Source: Heteronotia binoei
Lineage: Eukaryota
NCBI RefSeq assembly: GCF_032191835.1
Contig: NC_083239.1
Span: 56,606,001-56,670,000 of the forward strand
Direction: 5' to 3'
Length of the DNA: 64,000 bases
Made by a program: the position numbers and the translations under genes
Notes under the pieces: generated by a model
Databases searched by the model: none
What the model was told of the DNA's origin: nothing
Seen by the model: only the letters and a program-made list of their open reading frames with translations
In this document: piece by piece, positions 13,101 to 23,298 of the stretch
How the letters are laid out: each line of letters opens with the position of its first letter
Position numbering within the stretch: the stretch's first letter is position 1

Positions 13101-16100
13101 GGGGTTTGAGAGTTTCTTGCATTGTGCAGGGGGTTGGACTAGATGACCCTGGAGGTCCCTTCCAACTCTTCTATGATTCTAACAGGCTTCCTCCTTTGGA
13201 GGTGGTGGGCTCTCCTTCCTTGGAGGTTTTTCAACAGAAGCTAGATGGCCATCTGACAGCAATGAGGATCCTGTGAATTTAGGTGGAGGGGTTTGTGAGT
13301 TTCCTGCATTGCACAGGGGGTTGGACTAGATGACCCTGGGGATCCCTTCCAGCTCTAGGATACTATGAAGGCATAAGCTTTGGTGTGCATGCACCCAAAC
13401 CCAGAATTAAATCTGTTTGGTCTCGAAAGATGCCACGGACTCAAACGTTGTTCTGGGGTATCCTTTCTCACCCATCTGGGTTTTGAGGTCAATTTCTCCT
13501 CTAGCCCCACTTCCCAAGCAGTCAGTGCTACTTCTGTTTCCTGGGGGCACCACCTGCTCCTGCTCCAGTGAGGAGGAATCGCTCCTCAGCAGACTTCTCT
13601 TGCCAGGACTTAGCTTTGATTTGCACTCAACGAATACGGGAGCACCAGAATCTGGGCCCCACGGCTGCCCCTGGCCTGTCCGGAAACTCTTGGGGGGGGG
13701 GGGGCAGAAGTCCAGTGGATGGGCAGGGCTCACCTGCAGGGGTCACGGCAAGGGTCATCCAGGTAGGAGGCAGCCATCACATCCTCTCCCTGGACGGAGC
13801 CTCGGAAGGGAAGGAGGAAGGTGTGGATCAGGAGGGCGGCCACCAGCATGGTTCCCAAAACAGCCAGCACCAGGAGGCAGTGGAAGTCCTGTGGGGGGGG
13901 GGGGGAGAGGGGAAGACCCAGCAGCACTCACCACCAGGGCTCCCGGCATGAACGGCTGCATCAGCAAGACTCTGCAATTCCCCCCATCCCCAGGAAGCAC
14001 CAGGGAGAGCTCTTCGCAGGGTCTGGCTTCTTCTTCAAAGCTTCTTATTGCCATTATTTGGAACCATCAGATGCCACCCAAGATCAGTGTACTGGGGAGG
14101 GCCAGTGGCAGAGCCTCTGCTTGGCATGCAGGAGGTCCCAGGTTCAATCCCCACTTGAAGGAACACGCAGGAGGTGATGGGAAAGACCTCAGCCTGAGAC
14201 CCTGGAGAGCTTTGGAGGGGGGCTGTGGCTCAATGGCAGAGCATCTGCTTGGTAAGCAGAAGGTCCCAGGTTCAATCCCCGGCATCTCCATTTAGAAGCA
14301 CAGGGTAGTAGATGATGGGAAAGGCCTCCACCTGAGACCCTGGAGAGCCGCTGCCAGTCTGAGCGGACAGTACTATCCCGACGGACCGATTCAGGACAAG
14401 GCAGCTTCCCATGCGTTCATGTGTGTCCCATCAGGAAGACAAGGCACACGTCCCCCCACGCCCCGCTGAAGTGTCTGTGACAGACGTCATCAAACGCTAC
14501 ATTCTCTATCGCGGCAAGGATGGGATCTGCAAAGCATAAACTCCCCAAATCTTTAGAAAGGACAGAGCGTTCCTCCAACCCTGGGACTCTAGACTTCCGA
14601 GGAGAGCGGGAAGAGCTCCTGCTGGAACAGACGGGGCTCCCCTCAAATAGCTCAGGGGCAGCCACCCCCAGAAGGGGCTGGGAAGGAAACCCACCTGAGG
14701 GGTCCGGCCAGCAGGACGCAGCTCCTGGGAGGGGAACTTCAGCTGGAAGGAAGGAAGGAGGAAGAAGACGAGGACTCAAGGAGGGCCAGACCAAGAGGGA
14801 AAGGAAGGCGCCGCAGACTACACTGGCCTGACTCTGACACCACGACTGCAGGGGGATAGGGCGAAGCACTGCAGGTGACATTAATGTCGGCACAAGGTCC
14901 CAGGAGACCCCCCCCCCCCCCGCACAGGCCTTCTTTGAGCAGATCCCACCCTTCTCCCACTCAGCCACCCCAGGCAGTGCCCACCCAGGAAGATCGGGTG
15001 CTCCATCTGGGCAGCTGGCACAGGACGGGCACGGAAGGCTGCTGGCAGTGTCCTGGGATGTCACTGAAAGAGCCGCTGCCCCGAGGCGGGAGCTGGGAGA
15101 CAGGGAGGGGCTCCATTCCAGTGGGAGCCTCAGACAGACACACCGCTCAGGAGGAAAAGGCAGAAATCCCCCTGATCTGTCCCGGTCTCCGTTCCATGGA
15201 TCAGTTGATCATATAATCTATGGTGTGGTTTGGAACCAAAGATATGATGAGGTGAGGGACGGTGGCTCAGTGGCAGAGCATCTGCTTGGTAAGCAGCAGG
15301 TCCCAGGTTCAATCCCCGGCATCTCCAACTAAAAGGGTCCAGGCAAAGAGGCGTGAAAAACCTCATCTGGAAACCCTGGAGAGCCACCCCCAATCTGAGT
15401 AGACAAGACTGACTTTGATGGACCCAGGGGGGTCTGATTCAGTAGAAGCCAGCTTCATAGGTTCATACGATCTGTGACGCTCATTGTCTGTAACATCGCC
15501 AGTGTGGTACAGTGGTTCAGAGCGGCAGACTCTAAACTGGAGAACTGGGTTTGATTCCCCCCTCCTCCTCCACACATGCAGCAAGGTGGGTGACCTTGGG
15601 TCAGCCACGGTTCTGTCAGAGCTCTCTCAGTCCCACCTGCCTCACAGGGTCTCTCTGTGGAGGGGAGAGGAAGGGAAGGAGATTTTAAGCTGCTTTGAGA
15701 CTCCTTCGGGGAGAGAAAAGTATGGCATAAAAACCAAATCTTCCTCCTGCCCAATGGGATCAGATGCCCCAGTTCTGTAATCCTAACCCTACTGCCTTGT
15801 TCATGGGACGCTGCCTAAACAAGTGAATTGTTCTTTTATATTTTGTAATCCACTATGAACAAAGTGAAAATGCACGAAAGAGGCACTAGGCCAGGGGTGG
15901 GGAACCTTTCTTCTGCCAAGGGCCATATGGATATTTATAACATCATTTGCGGGCCATAAAAAATTATCAACTTAAAAAACAGTGTTCTGCCAAGGGAGGA
16001 CGATTCAGGCCGGCAAAATTAATGCAAATATTTTTCTATTTGAAGTCATGTGGGAAGAGCCTAATCTTGCACGCACACACACACCCGGCCCACCGCCCTG

Positions 16101-16566
16101 GGCAAATGCATAGGTCCAGGGCTTTTTTTGTAGAAAAAGCCCAGCAGGAACTCAGTAGCATATTAGACCACATCCCCTAATATTAGCATATTAGATCACA
16201 CACTTATTAGCATATTAGGCCACACCTTCTGGGATAATCAAGTGCCAACTGAACTGTGGCAGTAACTTTTCCAGGCCCTGCAGCAATTCTGTCTGGCCAG
16301 CCAGGCCCCAGGGAGGCTGCCGCACAATACATTTGGGCGCTGCGATCCCTGCCTGGCCCTGGGGAGGCTGCTGCACAGCACAGCCGGGCCCCACGATCCT
16401 CGCTGGCCAGCCAGGCCCCAGGGAGGCTGCCACATGGCTCGGTTCGGCCCAGCAGTCCCTGAGGGCCACACCAAGTGACCTGGAGGGCTGCATACGGCCC
16501 TCGGGACGGAGGTTCCCCACCCCTGCTGTAGGAGATTACCTGCTGATAGGTTACGCGGGGCTTCAT
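7167..16566 (-). CDS. PLD3: Phospholipase D3 / lysosomal 5'-3' exonuclease, about 489 aa. Coding exons 16540-16566, 14695-14742, 13734-13888, 12273-12456, 10971-11091, 10738-10865, 10382-10582, 9876-10015, 8889-9054, 7712-7811, 7167-7366
   Basis: Spliced ORF of 1470 nt with consistent phases: MKPRVTYQQ|LKFPSQEL..., a type II TM segment ([23 protein letters not shown]), VLVESIPEG, first HKD motif HTKFWIVD with GSANMDWR, second motif RVNHNKYMV with [20 protein letters not shown] and [13 protein letters not shown] are PLD3-type rather than PLD4-type. Synteny agrees. Confidence 0.93.
9183..9340 (+). mobile_element. Squam3-like SINE, degenerate
   Basis: GGCTGTGGCTCACTGGCCAGGCCTCTGCTTGGCAGGCAGAAGGTCCCCTGTTCAATTCCC head. 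Confidence 0.6.
12700..13366 (+). mobile_element. Four tandem CR1 LINE 3'-end fragments (about 170 bp period) in a PLD3 intron
   Basis: Each unit ends in ...GGTTGGACTAGATGACCCTGGAGGTCCCTTCCAACTCT(T)CTATGATTCTA or a close variant, the typical CR1 3' terminus with its short terminal repeat. Confidence 0.8.
14097..14415 (+). mobile_element. Head-to-tail pair of Squam3-like SINEs (truncated monomer plus full monomer)
   Basis: Two tRNA-like heads (about 14100 and 14217), each with GGTTCAATCCCC. Confidence 0.7.
15258..15470 (+). mobile_element. Squam3-like SINE
   Basis: GGTGGCTCAGTGGCAGAGCATCTGCTTGGTAAGCAG...GGTTCAATCCCCGGCATCTCC head and full body. Confidence 0.75.
15500..15750 (+). mobile_element. 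Second tRNA-related squamate SINE family (Squam2/CORE-like)
   Basis: GTGTGGTACAGTGGTTCAGAGCGGCAGACTCTAAACTGGAGAACTGGGTTTGATTCCCC head; CTCACAGGGT...GTGGAGGGGAGAGGAAGGGAAGGAGATT tail shared with 48950-49445 and 55062-55350. Confidence 0.65.
15892..16525. mobile_element. Non-autonomous hAT (Charlie-like) MITE with a nested element
   Basis: Terminal inverted repeats CAGGGGTGGGGAACC ... GGTTCCCCACCCCTG (15 bp, perfect). Flanking 8-mers CACTAGGC and CTGTAGGA are a decayed TSD with central TAG. An internal AGGGCTTTTTTTGTAGAAAAAGCCCAGCAGGAACTC element also occurs near 4675. Confidence 0.75.
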
Positions 16567-19511
16567 TTATTCCGGAGTGTTGGGGTCAAAGAGGGAGGAA
16601 GAACCTGTGACGCCCAAGGCCTGGCGACTGAGTCTTTGCTCCTTCCTTGCAGGGCTGGCACGATCTGCAAACAGCCCAAGAGAAATAAACACCTGCTGCC
16701 CACCTAGGAGCTCCTGCCTCCGCTACCCCACCCTCCAAGGCCATGATGCCAGCTGCATTTCCGCATGCCTGAGGATATGCCCGCATCACCAGGGAGGGGG
16801 CTCCTTCTGGGGCTGGAATCCAGCCTGGACATAGCATCCAGCTCCCCTCTTGGAATTTAAACTGGCTCGCCAGTCATGCAGGCTGCCAGCACAGGCTGCT
16901 TTCCTGGGGGGGTTGTCTTCCTCCCCTGCTCTATGCCAGCCAGCCTGGCAGGAGCAAGCAGTCTTTTCCCCTGGAGAAAACCTTGCCCAGCCCCACAAAG
17001 TGTTTAGCTCCAACCAGAAGGCAGGATTCAAGAGTGTCCCGCTGAACACCACACCCCTTCACTCTACTTTGCAAGCAGGTTTTACTGCAGGAAGCAGCCC
17101 GATCCAGGGGGCTGGAAGTGTGTGCGGGGCGGGGTGGGGAGGCTTCCCAAGGAAGTGGAGCTACAGTTGTGGGAAGAGGCCTTCCCTTCACACCCGGAGG
17201 TGTTTCCCTGCCCGATCCCCTTTCAAGTCCTTTGCAGCACCCAGCCCAAGAGGAAGAACGTGAAAGTCCAGTTCTTCTGTGCCATCTCATCTGGTTGGTG
17301 TCCTCCACGTGCCGTCTCCTGTTCTTAGTCAGAGTTGGCGACAAAGGAAGATCCTCTCCGCTCTCAGGGCCCTCCGTGTGCAGGCAACCGGATCCAGTCT
17401 CCTCCTCCTGCTTCTCTGAGTCACGAGTCCCAGGGCAGCCTTCCAGGTGACCGAAGGTCCCCCCCTCCTCTGCCTTCTCCCAGGGCTCTTCCAGCCACTT
17501 GCTGAGTAAACACCGCTGGTTTCTCCCCTGACCCAGAGAGGAGGAGGGGGGTGCAAAACTGGCCTCCCTGGATTGTTAACCAGTGAAGGGACAAAAACCA
17601 CACCCAGCCCCTGCTCTCTTCACCTCCTTTTGGTCTCTTCCACTCACGGCTGACTCTTCTCTTTCTGACTCACAGAGAAATGTTTGGGAGATGAGGGCTC
17701 CGTCTTCCTCTGGAGAATCAGGGGAGTGCCTTTTCCTCTCTTCACTGTCTGGGGCGGTCAGAGTACGGGGCTGGAGCAGGTGGGCCCCCTCACCTGTGTG
17801 GGTTTCGGGGTGGATGAGTGTGGGGGAGGGGGGGAGTGGCTTAGGCAAGGCTGCGGCCTCTGGAGGCAGGAAGGAGCTGGTTTAGCAGCTGGGCTCTCCG
17901 TGAACCACAGGAAAGGAATTGGGTCTTCTCCACCAGCCACAGGCAAGAAAGCAGTGCACTGAAGGCTCCCAAGAGCACAGGTGGAGGCAGGCTGTCTCTG
18001 GCTGCGTTAGAGGTGGCGCTACTGTCTCCTCTCCCGCCCCCACACAAGCTCGCCTGGGCACCTCACAGGGGGAGAGCCAGGCAGTGCCTGAGGGCGACAG
18101 AGGCTCCTGCATTGCACCCCCCCCCCAGCACAAACCAGTTCCCCCGCTGCAGCCAGGAGACTCCCAAAGCCAGCCTAGGGTGCAGGCGCGCTCCCCTGCA
18201 AGGCAGTCCCCAAGCCCAGTGTCCCCCCACCCCTTCCAAACACCTGGCCGGGAGGGGAGCGCTGCTGCCCGCCCACCCACCCCTGTCCGGGTCATCAGGG
18301 AGAGGCACGGGAAGACCCCCCCACGGCCCCCTGCCCGGCCAGCCCCGGTTCTGAGAGCCCGGCGAGGCAGAGGCAGCCCCCTCTCCCCCCCGGGTCCTTC
18401 CGCAGAGCTGCGTGGCGGGATCCCCTCTGCCCTGCAGGAGACCGGCCTGGCCCCGGCTGCAGCGCCTTGGAAACAGCCCGCCCGTCGGAGGGGGCTTCAG
18501 AGCACGTGCAGAGTGCCAGCGGGGCTTGGGGAGCCCAGAGGCCGGGCGTGGCTGCCGAGCGAGCGAGCGAGCGAGGGCTCCTCCAGCCGCCGCCGGAGAC
18601 CCTCCGGGAAGAAGAGCCGCCGGGCCCCTGCTGCCCCGGGCCCCCGTCCGCCTGCAGCGGCAGCACAGAGAACCCCCCCGCCCCGCCCGAGGCAAGAGGT
18701 GCCGGGGCTCACCCGCCCTGCCCGCGTCGTCCCTCCAGCCAGCCTTTGTCCTCCGAGCCCGGCTGAGCGGCGGCAACCGAAGGGTTAAGGCCCTGGCCCC
18801 GCCCCCTGCCCCGGGATGGGCGGGGCTCCCTTTTGAGCCCGAACCATTGGCTCTCGGGGGAGGGGCGACTCTGTCCCCCGCGGTTGGGCGCTTCCACTGG
18901 AGGGCTCCCCCGGCTCCGTCCGTGGTCCCTTCCTGGCAGGAGAGGCGAAGGGAGGGCAGGAGCTTGGGACGAACCATCGCAACCAGCGAAGGGGGGAGCG
19001 GGGCCCGGACGGGGCGCGTCGCAGCAGGGCTTTCCCACTCCCGGTTGCCGCGCGCTGGCGATGGAGCTCAAGCTCTCGGTGAGCGGCAGAGAGGCGGCCC
19101 GGGGGGGAGCCCCGCCGCCCCCTCCCTCCCTCCCGCCTGCCTGTCCGGGCCGGGGCTCCCTCCCTGGGCTCAGCACGGCTGCTGCAACCGGGAGAGCCTC
19201 TTCTTCTTCTTCTTCATGCAGCGGAGGGGCCGGGTGGGGCTCTTGGTGTCTCCCTCCGAGCAAGAGCGGGGGCCACCCGTCCCCCCGGGGCTGGCCGCTG
19301 CCGCGCTCTCCTGGGCGGGCAGAGGGTCTGGGTGCGAGGGGCCCGGGCTCAGGAGGCTCGGAGGAGCCTAGCTCTGCGGGCGGGCGGGAGAGCAAGCAGC
19401 TCTTTCGGGACCCCCCCCCCCCCATCCGTCCACCCCTCCCCTCCCCTCCCGGCGGCGCCGTCGGGGCTGGAGTCGAAGCGGGGGGGGGGCAGTTTGGCTT
19501 CTGCATTTCCT

Positions 19512-19517
19512 TTTATT
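19512..19517 (-). terminator. HIPK4 polyadenylation signal
   Basis: AATAAA on the minus strand about 160 nt after the stop of the HIPK4 last exon. Confidence 0.65.
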
Positions 19518-19679
19518 GGCGCGCGCTGCGGCTCCCTCCGCCGCGAGGACCAGCCTATAAATCTCCGGGGCTGCAGGTGCAGCAGCAGCAGCGCGACGGG
19601 CTCTGCCGGCCGGCCGACGGGCCGCCCTCTCGTCTCCCTCCTCCTCCTCCTCCTCTTTCGCCGGGCCCGGCCCGGCCGG

Positions 19680-19856
19680 TCACTGCTGGCTGGCGATGCG
19701 CTGCTGCGGGAAGGGCTGGAGCGGCGGGCGGGCCCGCGCCAGGGCGCTCCTCTCCACCCCGCCCTCCGCCAGCCACTCCTCGGGGGCCTGCTGCCAGCTC
19801 TTGTGCCCGGGCACCGACGGGCCTCCGGACGGCTCGTAGACCTCCGGGGGCGTCCG
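19680..19856 (-). CDS. HIPK4: HIPK4 last coding exon (58 aa plus stop)
   Basis: Strong acceptor CCCCCCGTCTCTTTGGCAG|, phase 0. RTPPEVYEPSGGP...QPFPQQRIASQQ* parallels the remembered human terminal segment RPDPELFDPSSCP...SFLQHVTGHH* in sequence and length. Confidence 0.75.
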   Translation of the reverse strand, partial: RTPPEVYEPSGGPSVPGHKSWQQAPEEWLAEGGVERSALARARPPLQPFPQQRIASQQ

Positions 19857-20074
19857 CTGCCAAAGAGACGGGGGGGGGGGGAGACAGGCGTCACTCTCTC
19901 TCTCCCTGCCTGGCCGGACCTCCGCCTTTGTTCTGGCCCCCACCCCCCACGAACCCGGGGCCGCTATCCTGCGGAGGGGGGCACCCCTTGCCATCCCCCA
20001 GTGGCCAGACCCGGCGAAGGAACTACCTTTGTTTTTGGCAAGGGGTCTCCTCTGCCCAAGAGGGATGGGAAGCA

Positions 20075-21365
20075 GCCCTCTAGTCCAGCATCCTGCAGGC
20101 CTCTCACTCCATGGCCAGCCAGTCCCCCTGGAGAGTCAGCAACTGGGCACAGAGGCCGAGGCCTTGAGAAGAACCTCAGAAGAGCCCTGCTGGGTCAGAC
20201 CAGGGAGGGTCCATCTAGTCCAGCCTCCTGTCCAACACAGGGGCCACCCAGTTCCTCTAGAGGGCCAACAACAGGGCAGAGAGGCTGAGGCCTTCCCCTG
20301 AGAAGAACATCAGAAGAGCCCTGCTGGGTCAGACCAGGGAGGGTCCATCTAGTCCAACCTCCTGCCTCACACAGTGGCCAGCCTGTTCTTCTGGAAGGCC
20401 AACAACAGGGCAGAGAGGCCGAGGCCTTCTCCTGAGAAGAACATCAGAAGAGCCCTGCTGGATCAGACCAGCCTCCTGGATCCAGCCTCCTGCCTCATAC
20501 AGGGCCAACCAGTTCCTCTGGAGGGCCAACAACAGGACAGAGAGGCCGAGGCCTTCCCCTGAGGAGAGCATCAGAAGAGCCCTGCTGGGTCAGACCAGTG
20601 AAGGTCCATCTAGTCCAGCCTCCTGCCTCACACAGTGGCCAGCCAGTTCCTCTGGAGGGCCAACAACAGGACAGAGAGGCCGAGGCCTTCCCCTGAGAAG
20701 AACCTCAGAAGAGCCCTGCTGGGTCAGACCAGGGAGGGTCCATCTAGTCCAGCCTCCTGTCTCACACAGTGGCCAACCAGTCCCTCTGGAGGGCCAACAA
20801 CAGGGCAGAGAGGCTGAGGCCTTCCCCTGAGAAGAACATCAGAAGGGCCCTGCTGGATCAGACCAGGGAGGAGCCATCTAGTCCAGCCTCCTGCCTCACA
20901 CAGTGGCAAGCCAGTTCCTCTGGAGGGCCCACAACAGGGCAGAGAGGCCAAGGCCTTCCCCTGAGAAGAATCTCAGAAGGGCCCTGCTGGATCAGACCAG
21001 GGAGGGTCCATCTAGGCAAGCCTCCTGTCGCACACAGGGGCCACCCAGTTCCTCTGGAGGGCCCACCACAGGGCAGAGATGCTGAGGCCTTCCCTTGAGA
21101 AGAACCTCAGAAGAGCCATGCTGGGTCAGACCAGAGAGGGTCCATCTAGTCCAGCCTCCTGTCTCACACAGTGGCCACCCAGTTCCTCTGAAGGGCCAAC
21201 CACAGGGCAGAGAGGCCGAGGCCTTCCCCTGAGAAGAACATCAGAGGAGCCTTCTGGATCACACCAGGGAGGGAGGGTCCATCTAGTCCAGCCTCCTGTC
21301 TCACACAGTGGCCAACCAGTTCCTCTGGAGGGCCAACAGCAGTGCTGAGAGGCAAGGCCTTCATA
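20075..21365 (-). repeat. Tandem array of about 134-bp units (about 9-10 copies) derived from a CR1-type 3' end
   Basis: AGAAG(A/G)GCCCTGCTGG recurs near 20178, 20311, 20446, 20572, 20706, 20840, 20974, 21108 and 21242 (divergent). The unit resembles the adjacent CR1 tail (AGAACATAAGAGAAGCCATGTTGGATCAGGCC...CACACAGTGGCC). Confidence 0.85.
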
Positions 21366-21445
21366 AGAACAAGAGCTGGGGCCTTTCCCTGAGTTGCCAC
21401 TTGGCAGTGGGATTCAGAGGCTGACTGCTTCTGAACATGGAGATT

Positions 21446-22030
21446 CATAAGAACATAAGAGAAGCCATGTTGGATCAGGCCAATGGCCCATCCCGTCCAA
21501 CGCTGTGTCACACAGTGGCCAAAAAAACAGGGGCCATCAGGAGGTCCATCAGTGGGGACAGGACACTAGAAGCCCTCCCGCTGTTGTCCCCTGCCCCCCA
21601 AACACCCAGAATATAGAGCACCCCTGCCCCAGACAGAGAGTTCCAACAATACACTGGCTAGCAGCCACTGATGGACCTCTGCTCCAGATGCTTCTGCAAT
21701 CCCCTCCTGAAGCTGGCTATGCTTGTAGCTGCCACCTCCTGTGGCAGTGAATTCCACATGTTAATCACCCTTTGGGTGAAGAAGCATTTCCTTTTATCCT
21801 TTTTAACGTGACTGCCCAGCAATAAGTATTCCTGTATTGTGAGAAAGGGAGAAAAGAACTTCTTCCTTTACTCCAGGCTAAAGAGCCCCAAGTGTTTTAA
21901 CCTTTCTTCATAGGGAAAGTGTTCCAACCCTTTAATCATTCTAGTTGCCCTTTTCTGGACTCTTTCCAATGCTATAATATTCTTTTTTTGAGGTGTGGTG
22001 ACCAGAATTGCACAGAGTGCTCCAAATGAG
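21446..22030 (-). mobile_element. 5'-truncated CR1 LINE fragment
   Basis: Reverse complement of the 3' part of the neighbouring plus-strand CR1 (CATAAGAACATAAGAGAAGCC tail; GAAAGTGTTCCAACCCTTTAATCATTCTAGTTGCCC). Confidence 0.8.
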
Positions 22031-22269
22031 TCTGCACCGTCAATTTCCTCCCTTCATTTGCCATCGCGAGTAGCCCTACTAGGCCTCTTCTCCATGCCCC
22101 CTCCTCAAAAGAGTACACAAACAGACTGCTTGGCCAGAACGATTGCTGTCTTCCCCCCTCCCCCCAAATTCTGTACCCCTGGCCTCCCTCCAGCCCATTG
22201 CGAGGTAAACCTGGCTGGTCTTGGTCCAACGCTGCAGGTTGGCTGTTTGGTACAGTTGCCCCCTCTGAC

Positions 22270-23298
22270 GGCAGTTAAAAACATGCTGGGGAGGACGGTA
22301 AGCAGTGGGGTGCCGCAGGGCTCGGTACTGGGTCCCATGCTCTTTAACTTATTCATAAATGATTTAGAGTTGGGAGTGAGCAGTGAAGTGGCCAAGTTTG
22401 CGGATGACTCTAAATTGTTCAGGGTGGTGAGAACCAGAGAGGATTGTGAGGAACTCCAAAGGGATCTGTTGAGGCTGGGTGAGTGGGCATCAACGTGGCA
22501 GATGCGGTTCAATGTGGCCAAGTGCAAAGTAATGCACATTGGGGCCAAGAATCCCAGCTACAAATACAAGGTGATGGGGTGTGAACTGGCAGAGACTGAC
22601 CAAGAGAGAGATCTTGGGGTCGTGGTAGATAACTCACTGAAAATGTCAAGACAGTGTCCGTTTGCAATAAAAAAGGCCAACGCCATGCTGGGAATTATTA
22701 GGAAGGGAATTGAAAACAAATCAGCCAGTATCATAATGCCCCTGTATAAATCGATGGTGCGGTCTCATTTGGAGTACTGTGTGCAGTTCTGGTCGCCGCA
22801 CCTCAAAAAGGATATTATAGCATTGGAAAAAGTGCAGAAAAAAGCAGCTAGAATGATTAAAGGGCTGGAACACTTTCCCTATGAAGAAAGGTTGAAACGC
22901 TTGGGGCTCTTTAGCTTGGAGAAACGTCAACTGCGGGGTGACATGATAGAGGTTTACAAGATAATGCATGGGATGGAGAAAGTAGAGAAAGAAGTACTTT
23001 TCTCCCTTTCTCACAATACAAGAACTCGTGGGCATTCGATGAAATTGCTGAGCAGACAGGTTAAAACGGATAAAAGGAAGTACTTCACCCAAAGGGTGAT
23101 TAACATGTGGAATTCACTGCCACAGGAGGTGGTGGCGGCCACAAGTATAGCCACCTTCAAGAAGGGTTTAGATAAAAATATGGAGCACAAGTCCATCAGT
23201 GGCTATTAGCCACAGTGTGTGTGTGTATATAAAATTTTTTGCCACTGTGTGACACAGAGTGTTGGCCTGCTCCAACATGGCTTCTCTTATGTTCTTAT
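22270..23298 (+). mobile_element. 5'-truncated CR1 LINE with an open RT C-terminal half
   Basis: ORF 21995-23209 contains [70 protein letters not shown] and QRVINMWNSLP; ends in the CTTCTCTTATGTTCTTAT terminal repeat. Confidence 0.93.

Larger units (their letters stand above)
18400..19900 (-). promoter_or_regulatory. CpG island: PLD3 promoter and probable non-coding first exon (about 18713-18780), overlapping the HIPK4 3' end
   Basis: Dense CpG; minus-strand CCAAT at about 18846-18850; donor CGG|GTGAGC at 18713/18712 facing the PLD3 coding exons. Confidence 0.6.

Noticed and set aside
13889-14054. Extra PLD3 exon (MAIRSFEEE...GALV|GTGAGT) in frame with the TM exon
   Set aside because: It would need a 43-nt intron and lacks a good acceptor; exons 16540-16566 and 14695-14742 already give a PLD3-like N-terminus. 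Not fully excluded as a minor variant.
19510-19840. Plus-strand TATA-like CTATAAAT with a 47-aa ORF (MRCCGKG...)
   Set aside because: Better explained as the antisense of the HIPK4 last exon and 3' UTR; the nearby ATTGG overlaps the minus-strand AATAAA.
18063-20288. Several 260-416-aa ORFs on both strands in the CpG island
   Set aside because: Low-complexity Gly/Arg/Pro/Ala translations from extreme GC content; only 19680-19856 has homology and splice support.
20075-21365. Regular repeat array that superficially resembles a CRISPR
   Set aside because: Eukaryotic context, whole 134-bp units repeat with no unique spacers, no cas genes, and the unit is related to a CR1 tail.
21995-22270. N-terminal part of the 404-aa ORF as part of an intact LINE ORF2
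   Set aside because: RT similarity starts only near 22290; the element is 5'-truncated with no endonuclease domain or ORF1, so it is not autonomous.
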